The position numbers and the translations under genes were made by a program. Shown here in pieces: positions 17,565 through 25,918 of a DNA stretch of 49,101 bases. The first letter of the stretch is position 1; each line of letters starts with the position of its first letter. Origin of the DNA: a virus; UHGV virus genome UHGV-0209788; one strand, 5' to 3'. Below the pieces are notes generated by a model. The model saw nothing but the letters and a program-made list of their open reading frames with translations, was not told where the DNA came from and made no database searches.

Positions 17565-17932
17565 GCGGCGCGTTCCTCTTCCTGGAAGATAATTTCCATT
17601 TCAAGCTTCTCGGCCAACGCATTCTCCGCTCGGGCACCAGCGGAGTGCTCCCAGCCTTCAAGCATGTAGATAGCATCAGCACAGCGAAGCATAGACAGGC
17701 AGATGTCCATGTACTCGGCCTGGGTTAATCCATCTGGTAGACGGGCGGGATTCAGAACAATATGACCTTTCGACCAGAGATGAAAATGCGCATGGTTAAA
17801 AGCGGCGCGGTTAAAATTAGGTAGGCCGCTCATGGCCCGGCAATATAAACTTTCACGATTCCACTCCGAAGCGGCGATTAAGCCGCCCTGTGTATACGAC
17901 GAACTCCAGGAGGCTAACTCCCAGAGCTTCAA
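17561..17932 (-). CDS. DUF4406-like protein (nucleoside deoxyribosyltransferase-like fold family)
   Basis: MSGLPNFN...NPA...CDAIYMLEGWEHSAGARAE motifs. The ORF begins with TTG at 17932 and the first ATG is at 17833, so the true start is uncertain. Confidence 0.45.
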   Translation of the reverse strand: MKLWELASWSSSYTQGGLIAASEWNRESLYCRAMSGLPNFNRAAFNHAHFHLWSKGHIVLNPARLPDGLTQAEYMDICLSMLRCADAIYMLEGWEHSAGARAENALAEKLEMEIIFQEEERAA

Positions 17933-18071
17933 TTTTCTTGTGATGCTTGTTGATGATGGGAGGCACCGTTTCGTTCCAGTTTGGCTTTGGCTTCTTGCGC
18001 ATGGCCTGCTGGATTTCCTCGGTGCAGCGGCGGCAGGCTGCGCGAATGGCGTTTTCTGATTCTGGTCTCAT
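17853..18071 (-). CDS. Hypothetical protein
   Basis: 72-aa ORF. Confidence 0.3.
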   Translation of the reverse strand: MRPESENAIRAACRRCTEEIQQAMRKKPKPNWNETVPPIINKHHKKIEALGVSLLEFVVYTGRLNRRFGVES

Positions 18072-18664
18072 GCGGCCTCCGTTTTCACAACATCGATGGC
18101 GCAGCCGGGTAGCAATTTTCTGGCTGCTAACTCGTTTTCATGTGGAAAGTTAAGTCGCGCATATGCGCCGAATAGCTCTCGAGCAGATTCATCGTAAGCA
18201 TGAGCAGCCTCTTCAGCCGAACGGTAGTATCCAAGGTGGCGGCGCTCACGGCCTATTGTGATATTTGCACGGTATGGTTTTGATAAGTTTTTAGACCGAG
18301 ATACGCCTTTATATCCCGTTAAATTCGCTCTGCTTAACTCTCGGTTGTGCTGGTTCTGATTTAGCGTAGCCAGACGCAAATTGGACCATCGGTTATTCGT
18401 ACCGTCATTATCAACATGATCGATGTGATACTTTGGCCATTCACCTGTCACCATCAGCCAAATGAGGCGATGCGCGCGATAGAGGCGGCCAATCCTAACT
18501 TTGACGTAAAGCTTTCTACCGTTCCCACAAACCGAGCCAGCAACACTACCTTTCTGGACTTTTTTGCGACAAGTCTTCCAGGTCAGCAGCCCTGTTGTGG
18601 GGTCATATTCCAGAAGCTCTCTAACCATTTCGGCAGTTAATTCAGGGCAGTTTCTACTCGGCAT
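18068..18664 (-). CDS. HNH endonuclease with AP2 DNA-binding domain
   Basis: HIDHVDNDGTNNRWSNLRLATLNQNQHN HNH motif plus AP2-like YKGVSR...YRANI...EEAAHAYD. Start at ATG 18664 with a GGGAG RBS. Confidence 0.75.
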   Translation of the reverse strand: MPSRNCPELTAEMVRELLEYDPTTGLLTWKTCRKKVQKGSVAGSVCGNGRKLYVKVRIGRLYRAHRLIWLMVTGEWPKYHIDHVDNDGTNNRWSNLRLATLNQNQHNRELSRANLTGYKGVSRSKNLSKPYRANITIGRERRHLGYYRSAEEAAHAYDESARELFGAYARLNFPHENELAARKLLPGCAIDVVKTEAA

Positions 18665-19295
18665 TTTCATATCTCCCAGGAACAAGCTTCACATCGCCAT
18701 CAACTTCATTCCCCCAAGCATCCCAGCCCGGCGCCGCGCTGCGGCTGAATAACTCAATGCGTGGCACATCACCGTAAAGCAGTTCCAGACGGTGGCGCAC
18801 TTCCCACGGCTTTTCGCTGTGCGCGCCGAGCGGGCTGTAGACCACCTGCTTAATCCCGGCATGCTTTCGCTCCAGCCCGGCGCCTCTGGTAGCAATCAGC
18901 AGATCTTCGGTATTTGCCCGGGTGTGGTTTCCTCCGTTCATGCGCGTCTCGGCGTTAAGCAGATCGAGGAAGTCGTAAAAGTCGGTGACTTCACCCTCGG
19001 CCAGCGCCTTGTTGATACGCAGTTCGGCATTCTGATTCAACTTCACCCAGGTAAATCCCTTCATCGTGCGGACGGTAAAGCCCCAGGCCTCAGCCAGTTC
19101 GATGGCCTCCTGGTTATGCGTGCCGGTGTACCACATCGCCAGCACCGCGTTTTCAGCGGCAAGCTCCCATACCGGCAGGCGCTTGATGTCGATGAGCTTC
19201 ATGGTGGAGTAGTGGTCGGCGGCGGCCCCGTTACTGATGGTATTGCCGTAAGACCAAGGCGGATCGACATACAGAAGTGAGTATTTCGCTGTCAT
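18654..19295 (-). CDS. MT-A70 family DNA N6-adenine methyltransferase
   Basis: YVDPPWSY motif IV. Overlaps the HNH gene start by 11 nt. Confidence 0.8.
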   Translation of the reverse strand: MTAKYSLLYVDPPWSYGNTISNGAAADHYSTMKLIDIKRLPVWELAAENAVLAMWYTGTHNQEAIELAEAWGFTVRTMKGFTWVKLNQNAELRINKALAEGEVTDFYDFLDLLNAETRMNGGNHTRANTEDLLIATRGAGLERKHAGIKQVVYSPLGAHSEKPWEVRHRLELLYGDVPRIELFSRSAAPGWDAWGNEVDGDVKLVPGRYENAE

Positions 19296-19444
19296 GCCGC
19301 CTCCTGCCTTTCCCGATATTCCTCAGCGAGCCGCTGCGCCTTTAATGGATTGCTGACCACTTCACCCCATGGCATTAGCCAGCCGTTACCAATGAAGGGA
19401 AGGCACAGTGTGCCAACCCTGATGTCGTCGTGAGAGTGAGTCAT
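19292..19444 (-). CDS. Small hypothetical protein (50 aa)
   Basis: ATGA-coupled at both ends and fills the gap between flanking genes. Confidence 0.3.
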   Translation of the reverse strand: MTHSHDDIRVGTLCLPFIGNGWLMPWGEVVSNPLKAQRLAEEYRERQEAA

Positions 19445-19875
19445 AGGATGGACTCCATTTCGTCGATGTAGAGGCCCTGAGCAATCAGGCGGCTACGGCG
19501 GGCGGCACGTTCAATGCATTCCTGCCGTCTACCTTCCTGAGATTGCTCAATGGCGCGCCGGGTGAACAGCCGCGATTTGCCCTGTGGTGTAATGACCTTT
19601 GGCTTCGTGACCAGGTCGAATGTCCGGTCGCAGATGCCGTCCTCGTTGATCCATTTTTCCGACTCAACTATCTGCGCTATCTGTCCGGAGCCGCGGGTAA
19701 TGCCGTTGGCGACCCGGTTAAACTCAATGAGCGATACGCCAAACTTCTCAGCGATTTCGCTGCCGGTGACCGGGCGGCCGCGCGTCTGAATCATCCATAT
19801 CACTCGTTCACGGAGGCCGGAGAATTGCCCGGTTCGCCCGGGACGGCGATAGAAGGGCGTGCGTTTCATTTCCAC
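19441..19875 (-). CDS. Hypothetical DNA-binding protein
   Basis: Basic N-terminus plus an HTH-like stretch ([19 protein letters not shown]). Confidence 0.4.
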   Translation of the reverse strand: MEMKRTPFYRRPGRTGQFSGLRERVIWMIQTRGRPVTGSEIAEKFGVSLIEFNRVANGITRGSGQIAQIVESEKWINEDGICDRTFDLVTKPKVITPQGKSRLFTRRAIEQSQEGRRQECIERAARRSRLIAQGLYIDEMESIL

Positions 19876-20546
19876 TGCTCCCCGAACGTGAAGCCGATCT
19901 CCGCCAGCGCCTCGTCCATCTTCTCGATGAACTCCGGCACCATTTCATTGAAATCGGTCATGTATTTCGGATCCCGCTCAACGACGACGTGGTGAATACC
20001 TTCGCGTTTCATGCGCGGGTCGTAGTTGGCAAAGAACCAGGCGTCTTTCCCGGTCACCCACATGCTGTACTGCACCTGGGCCATGTACGCAGACTTGATG
20101 GCTTCGAAACCGCCAAGGCGGAATTTCATGAAGTCGCGGGAGGTGAACGGGCATTTCAATTCGAGGCCGAAATCGTTACTACAAAGGCCGTCAGGGGAGC
20201 ACGCAGTGCGCATGCTCTCGTCACGGAACAGGATCGGAGACTCCGTGACTTTCACGTCAGTGGTGAACTCGAAAAGGGTGCGTGCGTCTTCCTCGTACTG
20301 TTTGCCCCAAGCCAGCGCCTTGGCGTTAACCTCTGGCGCTACCCCGGTGCAAACCTCAGCGAGTAGGGTGTGAAAGTAGGACATTTTCATGTCTGTCCAC
20401 TTCTTTCCCGATCTTGGCTTGGCAATGACGTTGTGCACTTCTGAGGCAGTAATAACGCCGAGCCTGAGTTTATGCCACGCCTCATCCCCCTGTTGGATAG
20501 TGGTTACGTCAAAACCGGTGCGGGCAAGGATAATTTCTGGTGTCAT
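19866..20546 (-). CDS. exo: Lambda-type 5'-3' exonuclease
   Basis: Near-identical over its length to the recalled lambda Exo ([33 protein letters not shown]...). Confidence 0.95.
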   Translation of the reverse strand: MTPEIILARTGFDVTTIQQGDEAWHKLRLGVITASEVHNVIAKPRSGKKWTDMKMSYFHTLLAEVCTGVAPEVNAKALAWGKQYEEDARTLFEFTTDVKVTESPILFRDESMRTACSPDGLCSNDFGLELKCPFTSRDFMKFRLGGFEAIKSAYMAQVQYSMWVTGKDAWFFANYDPRMKREGIHHVVVERDPKYMTDFNEMVPEFIEKMDEALAEIGFTFGEQWK

Positions 20547-21388
20547 GCTGCCGCCTTAGCTTTTTTCTGAAGGAAGTTGAACCCTTTCTGCGCCTCTTCT
20601 TCAGTGAGGTCTGACGCCTCAAGAATTGGCCGTTTGAAGATATCGCTGCACACCGGGAGGAAGTCTTGCTCCCAGTCTTTATCCAGGGTCGTTAAGAGAT
20701 CGGTTATCGCCTGAAGCGTTTCTTCGCTTGCTGCTGGTGGAAGTGATTCTGTTGTGCTGCGCGGCGTGACGTCACGGATATCAACATCCAGTGATTTTCC
20801 TTCCATTTCTTCGGCGGTAGGCTGCTGTCCAATCTCAGGCCATGCCTTACGCAACGCCTGAGCTTCCGCGCATTTCGCCAGCTGTCCGTATGGGCGCTTT
20901 TTCCACATCGCATTCGGCGCCGTTGTTTCGCGGCCGCCGGTGGCATAGTTTTCAATCCAGTATTCTTTGGCGCTGAACTCGACGATCTCGCCGCTGGGCA
21001 TGCGCTTGAAAACGGTGTATTTGCACCACTGAGGGAAGGTCACCTCGACACCAGTAAGCGTCTGAGTTACATCGGGCCCGAACTCAGGCTCCCGTGCCCC
21101 GGCATAATCGCCAGAGCGGTCTGCCTGAATGCGGTAAAGCCCGATTCCTGGCATGACCACGTCGCGCCAGTCACCTTTACCTGTTTTCGAGTCTTTGACG
21201 TACATCGGAACGAGGTGGACAGGTTTGAGCAACGGATCCAGCTGGCGGGCGCGGCAGTAGTCAAGCGCCATCATTACCGATTCGTCTTTGGCGCCAGGGT
21301 AGATGCTGTTCTTCAGCGCGCTCCAGGTGGAGACGTCGACGCCTATCTCCTGAAGCGACGTCGCTGTGATTGTTAATTCGTTTGCCAT
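20543..21388 (-). CDS. ssDNA annealing protein, RecT/Red-beta family
   Basis: RecT-like N-terminus. The C-terminal ~55 aa match the lambda Bet C-terminus ([19 protein letters not shown]...FLQKKA), which is the Exo-interaction region. Confidence 0.8.
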   Translation of the reverse strand: MANELTITATSLQEIGVDVSTWSALKNSIYPGAKDESVMMALDYCRARQLDPLLKPVHLVPMYVKDSKTGKGDWRDVVMPGIGLYRIQADRSGDYAGAREPEFGPDVTQTLTGVEVTFPQWCKYTVFKRMPSGEIVEFSAKEYWIENYATGGRETTAPNAMWKKRPYGQLAKCAEAQALRKAWPEIGQQPTAEEMEGKSLDVDIRDVTPRSTTESLPPAASEETLQAITDLLTTLDKDWEQDFLPVCSDIFKRPILEASDLTEEEAQKGFNFLQKKAKAAA

Positions 21389-21406
21389 CGTTAATCCCCT
21401 CGAAAA

Positions 21407-21691
21407 TTAAAACGGGCAGCCGGTACGGTGTTCCCAGTCGTATTCCGCTTGGGCGTAAGCAACTGCCGAAATGAAATCGTTGTAGGCCTCGCCAGCTTTA
21501 TCGCTGCGAAGTCCTTCGTATGGGCTGGAGTCAATCGGGACCAAGAAGTGGAAGAGGCCAGACGGCTCTTTTGGCATCATGTCGATGATTTGCTGTGCCC
21601 GGTCGTCGATCCACTTCTCCTTTTCGTCGGTAAGCTGCCGTTCAACCCAGCGCCGTTCTTCGATGCGGTCGTAAGTGAGGTATGCGTTCAT
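21407..21691 (-). CDS. gam: Gam-like RecBCD inhibitor
   Basis: The N-terminus MNAYLTYDRIEERRW matches lambda GamS MNAYYIQDRLEAQSW. The rest is divergent. Confidence 0.6.
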   Translation of the reverse strand: MNAYLTYDRIEERRWVERQLTDEKEKWIDDRAQQIIDMMPKEPSGLFHFLVPIDSSPYEGLRSDKAGEAYNDFISAVAYAQAEYDWEHRTGCPF

Positions 21692-21763
21692 GGCTGAACT
21701 CCTGAAATTTGGATGTGCAGATGCCGCCCGCAGAAAGCCAGGCCGATCGGTTGAATTGGGTGG

Positions 21764-21973
21764 TTAGTGCTGGATAGGATTGCCGTGACCGTCCAGAAGG
21801 ACGTCAATCACGCAGTCACTGAGGCGGATGATTTCTGCGTCGGTGTGCAGGTACACCCATTTGCGCTCCTGAATGACCGCTGAGACGCGATAAGTTCGGC
21901 CTTCATGCATTGCCATCATGCCGGGCGTGACGCACTGGCGAATGAGCGGGGTGGTGCCGTAGTGGTTGATCAT
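21764..21973 (-). CDS. Hypothetical protein
   Basis: 69-aa ORF in the kil/cIII position. Confidence 0.3.
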   Translation of the reverse strand: MINHYGTTPLIRQCVTPGMMAMHEGRTYRVSAVIQERKWVYLHTDAEIIRLSDCVIDVLLDGHGNPIQH

Positions 21974-22124
21974 ACCTTCACCTCTACCTGTTCCAGGAGA
22001 CCAGCGATATGCATCTGCCAGCGGTTAAGCACCAGTTTTTCACGCGGTGCCGATACCGACGTCAGCTGCCACTCGTTATCGTTGAGTTTTTTTGCGGTGT
22101 ACTGCTTGCCGTTGTGGGTGACTG

Positions 22125-22298
22125 TCATGATGCCTCCCGGCTATTTGATTCGGAGTCCTGACGGAATGCTTCACGTAAGAACTCTTTACTAAATTCCATC
22201 TCCGGAGCCTGAACGAACGCGATATACGCTTCTTCCTGGCAGTTTGTGCAATATCCGGATCGGATTGCGCATCCGCAATTTTCACAGTGTTTGGACAT
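22125..22298 (-). CDS. Small C4 zinc-finger protein
   Basis: MSKHCENCGCAIRSGYCTNCQEE. GCGGAG RBS before ATG 22298. The longer ORF to 22382 lacks an RBS. Confidence 0.4.
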   Translation of the reverse strand: MSKHCENCGCAIRSGYCTNCQEEAYIAFVQAPEMEFSKEFLREAFRQDSESNSREAS

Positions 22299-22421
22299 AA
22301 TCATCTCCGCGCTTAAGGCCGCGCCGCCGAACGTTAACAAGACTTCTGCGCTAATAGGCGGTGGATGGCCGCCGGTTGTCATAAATGGGCAGACTCGAAA
22401 ATCTGCCTATGTATGGCCGAT

Positions 22422-22441
22422 AAAAAACCCGCCGGAGCGGG
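22422..22441 (-). terminator. Rho-independent terminator in the leftward operon (tL-like, presumably N-antiterminated)
   Basis: Hairpin CCCGC-tccg-GCGGG with a T6 run on the minus strand. Confidence 0.55.
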
Positions 22442-22659
22442 TTAGTCATCATCATCGTCATCAAGGTTTATGGTTTTAACCCAAACGCCTCTCGTGTTTC
22501 GCGCACACCAGTCATCGGCTTCATGCCATGAAGCTAAACGTTAAGTTTTCGTCGAATTCATCCTTGGCTATCTCTACGCCTTCAGCGTCATCGACATTCA
22601 AAAGCACAATCAGTCTCGGCATCGCCTTACCCTCTGTCGTTACCCGCTAAAAGACCGCG

Positions 22660-23016
22660 TTAAGCAGCTTTGGCTGCAAACTCTCTAATCCCACCATGCC
22701 CTGCTATTAGCCGCTCTACGAGTTCTCGAGGAACATATGGATAAACGGTGTCGACTGGCTGACTCTCATCCTCGGCATACGCGAGGATTGATTTGTCGAC
22801 TTCACTTGGGAAGCCAAGCTCGAAGCTGTCGTATCCGGCCACATCCTCGATGTCCTCACGAGGCTGGCAATAAGCTGAGTTGTTCGCCTGAATGCTGATG
22901 CTATATCCATCAGCGCATACTATGCGGCGGTTAAAGAAACGGAACCCTTCCCACTTTCGTCCTTCGTTCATCCACTCATTGAAAGTCTTCATACCCTCAC
23001 CCCTTTGTTTATTCAC
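22660..23016 (-). CDS. Hypothetical protein
   Basis: 118-aa ORF downstream of N. Confidence 0.35.
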   Translation of the reverse strand: MNKQRGEGMKTFNEWMNEGRKWEGFRFFNRRIVCADGYSISIQANNSAYCQPREDIEDVAGYDSFELGFPSEVDKSILAYAEDESQPVDTVYPYVPRELVERLIAGHGGIREFAAKAA

Positions 23017-23189
23017 CGCAGGCCACTCGACCCGCTCGATTCGTTCTGTGCGTAATGCCGACGCCGTGCATCGCGTATCTTCTCCAGCTCGCAGTTCTTA
23101 GCTGACTGGTGATACTTGCTGATGTGGCAGACCGGTGTGCGTGGATCGAAGTGTCTGCCGCATACCGGGCAATTGATGCTGTTCTTCAT
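23013..23189 (-). CDS. Small zinc-ribbon protein
   Basis: MKNSINCPVCGRHFDPRTPVCH. Start at ATG 23189. Confidence 0.35.
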   Translation of the reverse strand: MKNSINCPVCGRHFDPRTPVCHISKYHQSAKNCELEKIRDARRRHYAQNESSGSSGLR

Positions 23190-23197
23190 GTGCCACC

Positions 23198-23560
23198 TCA
23201 ACGAGCTGTGATTGATTTGCTCTTGCGGTGACCGGCCGCATATATGGCCACATCTGGCAAGCACATCCCGCCTTCCAGCGGCTTATTCCAGAACTCGTTG
23301 CTATAGAGGATTGTTGCCCGCTCAATTTGCAGCTTGTATTCCCTGAGATTCCAGAATGCGTCCTGAGCCATAAACTTGAGAGGTTTTGCATCATCGATGC
23401 GCTTCGGTGTTTCGTGAGTGCCTTTGGCCTGAATCTGCGCACGACTGAGAGTAGGGCGGTGCATCTTCTCAGCGCTCACCGCAACTGCGCTCTGTAACGC
23501 TGCACGACGCTCACGGCGACGGCCTGATGCTGACCCATTGAATGCTGTTCTGCGTGTCAT
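23198..23560 (-). CDS. N: Antitermination protein N (P22 gp24-like)
   Basis: Arginine-rich motif GRRRERRAALQ, compared with lambda N TRRRERRAEKQ. C-terminus LPDVAIYAAGHRKSKSITAR is P22-N-like. Strong AGGAGG RBS. First gene after pL. Confidence 0.8.
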   Translation of the reverse strand: MTRRTAFNGSASGRRRERRAALQSAVAVSAEKMHRPTLSRAQIQAKGTHETPKRIDDAKPLKFMAQDAFWNLREYKLQIERATILYSNEFWNKPLEGGMCLPDVAIYAAGHRKSKSITAR

Positions 23561-23767
23561 GGTGACCTCCTGATGAACTTTGGTGGTGTGGGCGGTAACC
23601 AGCCGCACAAGTCAGGGCTTCTTCACGTTTACCCATTCTTGCTTGCCACACCCCAAAACATTCCAGTTAGTGCCGGGATATTTATCCGCGCCCGGCGCGC
23701 GCTCCCTTGCTTTCCACAGTCAAAGGAATGCCGTAGACTGATGAATCCACAGTCAAAAGGAGGTTTT

Positions 23768-23950
23768 ATGTCAGATATTGCTAATCCTAAAACACACCCT
23801 GAGCTTGCAGCCGCTCAATTGGTAATTGAGTTAGTGCGCGCTGAACGTGTTCCCATTCATCATGACAATGTGAATGGTCTATTGAAGATTTATGACCAGG
23901 CATTACAGCACTTTAAAACTGACCATTTTGAAGATGGCAGTGATAGGTAG
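23768..23950 (+). CDS. Small hypothetical protein (60 aa)
   Basis: Strong AAAGGAGG RBS. Convergent with the pL operon. Confidence 0.45.
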   Translation: MSDIANPKTHPELAAAQLVIELVRAERVPIHHDNVNGLLKIYDQALQHFKTDHFEDGSDR

Positions 23951-24115
23951 TTAATTGTCGTATAGTTTAAAAAACGCCTCCCGGACGGTTTGAGCAATTG
24001 CTTTTGCTTTTTCCGTCCTGTTTTTCTCATCAATAAAGACCTCATCATTAAGCCTCTTAGCCAGAAGCTCTGCAGCTATTGACTGCACCTGTTCAGGTAA
24101 TTCGTAAAACTTCAT
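23951..24115 (-). CDS. Small hypothetical protein (54 aa), first ORF of the pL transcript
   Basis: Its stop codon abuts the stop of the convergent plus-strand gene. Confidence 0.3.
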   Translation of the reverse strand: MKFYELPEQVQSIAAELLAKRLNDEVFIDEKNRTEKAKAIAQTVREAFFKLYDN

Positions 24116-24398
24116 AAGCGCCTCTCTTTTTGTTTACCGTCAGCCCCTCGTAAAGAGCTGCTGGTAAAGCTTCCCGAATGTTCGGGAACTGAGCAGCAAA
24201 CCATTCCGGTGCGGAGTCCTCTTCGTGTGCTATACCCGCCACGCGTTACACACCTGCCTCAATCCCATTGGGCGCCATTTCAATTTGCCAGGAGCGCTCC
24301 GGGTGATTTGCTGCTTGACTGAATTCTTAATGAGCAGGCGACTTGCTGTCCGCCGCTGGCTAACTTCGCTCAGCTGTCGATGTTTCGTTTCGATGAGT

Positions 24399-24467
24399 GG
24401 ATAATCACATATTGTGTTTTATTGGTCAACACGAATTGTGATTAATGATGACAACAAAGCGTGTTGT
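24399..24467 (-). promoter_or_regulatory. pL promoter with OL operators
   Basis: Minus strand has -35 TTGACC (24429..24424), a 17-nt spacer, and -10 GATTAT (24406..24401). Operator near-palindromes tCACATATTGTGt (24405-24417), aCACGAATTGTGa (24429-24441) and ACAACAaagcgTGTTGT (24451-24467) share the half-site of the OR sites. Confidence 0.6.
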
Positions 24468-24539
24468 TGCTGATTTGAAAGGGAATTTATTTTTTTAAAT
24501 ACCAGTGCTACGCTTAAAAAAACAGCAGGAGGGATGTGC

Positions 24540-24737
24540 ATGGTTCTGGATGAAGAGCGTATAAGCATGAAAATTCAGGCGATGGGGCGGGCGGTCATGG
24601 AGTTGTCACTGGCTGATTTACCCATGACCCAGCAAAACATCATCGACAAGCTGAAGCAGTACCGGAAGGAAACAGGAAACGTGATAGGGAAGGGAGCTAA
24701 CAGGGATGCTGCGGAGTTGGTGAGGAAGGGGCAATAA
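24540..24737 (+). CDS. Small hypothetical protein
   Basis: AGGAGGG RBS spaced 7 nt from ATG 24540. Rightward gene between OL and the cargo gene. Confidence 0.45.
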   Translation: MVLDEERISMKIQAMGRAVMELSLADLPMTQQNIIDKLKQYRKETGNVIGKGANRDAAELVRKGQ

Positions 24738-24757
24738 AAAAGCCCGCACGGGCGGGC
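24736..24757 (-). terminator. Rho-independent terminator (second of tandem pair for leftward cI-side transcripts)
   Basis: Hairpin GCCCGC-acgg-GCGGGC with a T6 run on the minus strand. Confidence 0.55.
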
Positions 24758-24841
24758 AGGTAGTGTTGCGATAGTTATTGTTATCAGCTTCAGGCTGGAT
24801 AGTTATCGGCAGAATGGGGGATAGCTTTATGGGTGGGCAAT

Positions 24842-24864
24842 AAAAACCCGGCGCAGTGGCCGGG
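24842..24864 (-). terminator. Rho-independent terminator after the cargo gene
   Basis: Hairpin CCCGGC-gcagtg-GCCGGG with a T5 run on the minus strand, immediately after the stop at 24873. Confidence 0.6.
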
Positions 24865-24872
24865 TTGCGCCT

Positions 24873-25820
24873 TTATTTGAAGACTCTCTCAAGAGCGCTT
24901 TCATATTGTTCTTTTGTTTCGCACATGGATGCCATGCCGATAATTTTGCCAATGTGTCTACGTAGTGCTTTCACGCCCACATCAGAAAGGAACATATGGA
25001 TTTTGTCACCTCTCTTACCGTTTTCCTCGCGATTTTCCTTGGCGATATCGAGAATCTTGCCTTCGCTCTTTGCTAATGTTTCGTAGATATGCCTCTCAGT
25101 AAACCAGCGGAAATTTCCTGGATGTCCGCCTTTTTCTGGTTTTTTCAGTTCGTATAGTCGGTACCATTCATAGTAAAGCTCATCAGGGAATTCTTTTTCC
25201 CAAGCACGAGCTTCTTCTCGAACGTACATTTTGAAAGCTTCGATTACCGCCTGCGCCGCAGGCTCATAACCAGAAACGGCATATGCAACGCCGCGAATAC
25301 CAGATTTAGCAGAAGCATTCATAAGTCTTTGTGCGGCTTCTGCTGCTGCAATTCTATTAGCTGGCAAAACCCCTTTTTCTTTCGCCTTGACTAGGAGCTT
25401 TGCTATGTCTATTACTACACCGATGTCAAATCCATGCGCAATTGTCGAATTATTGGATCGCGCCTCTAATTGAAATTTAAGGGGTTTTTCTAATTTATCC
25501 TCTAAATCTGGATCGCGCATCTCGCTCATGAATGGAGCCGACATTAGTCTGTCTATATCGCGAGCAAGAGAGCCTATCTGGAGAAGTTGAGCTAATCCGG
25601 TCTTGGTTACAACTGGTGTTTTCAACTCATCGTTTAAAACATAACACTCGGCATCAATCCCAAACTGCTCTTTGAAATTTCCCATGTGAGTGGCTTTATA
25701 ACCCCAGCGGGCAATAGCTCCGCTCTTGGCTTGATCACTTCTTTGTTTTGCAGTGAGGGATTTAGCTCTAGCAACCCCGCCTTTTGCTTTTCCAGTTGGT
25801 TCTTTTTTATTTTCTGACAT
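24873..25820 (-). CDS. Unknown-function cargo protein in the cI-pL (rexAB-equivalent) slot
   Basis: 315 aa from ATG 25820. AT-rich, with its own promoter, and isolated by terminators on both sides. Basic N-terminus ...GGVARAKSLTAKQRSDQAKSGAIARWG. No catalytic motif recognised. Confidence 0.6.
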   Translation of the reverse strand: MSENKKEPTGKAKGGVARAKSLTAKQRSDQAKSGAIARWGYKATHMGNFKEQFGIDAECYVLNDELKTPVVTKTGLAQLLQIGSLARDIDRLMSAPFMSEMRDPDLEDKLEKPLKFQLEARSNNSTIAHGFDIGVVIDIAKLLVKAKEKGVLPANRIAAAEAAQRLMNASAKSGIRGVAYAVSGYEPAAQAVIEAFKMYVREEARAWEKEFPDELYYEWYRLYELKKPEKGGHPGNFRWFTERHIYETLAKSEGKILDIAKENREENGKRGDKIHMFLSDVGVKALRRHIGKIIGMASMCETKEQYESALERVFK

Positions 25821-25852
25821 TGTAAGCACTCTTGCTGTGAAATGTGCTTGCA

Positions 25853-25881
25853 TCATAATCACTGTGTAACCATACAAGCAA
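25853..25881 (-). promoter_or_regulatory. Sigma70-like promoter for the cargo gene
   Basis: Minus strand: -35 TTGCTT, 17-nt spacer, -10 TTATGA. An A/T-rich tract lies upstream. ATG about 26 nt downstream. Confidence 0.5.
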
Positions 25882-25918
25882 GAAATATTTTTATTTTTAT
25901 GCTTGCATTATTGCAGGC

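Noticed and set aside
23573-23767. Extension of plus-strand ORF 23573-23950 across the N promoter-proximal region
   Set aside because: Only the internal ATG at 23768 has an RBS (AAAGGAGG). The extension would overlap the N start and RBS on the opposite strand.
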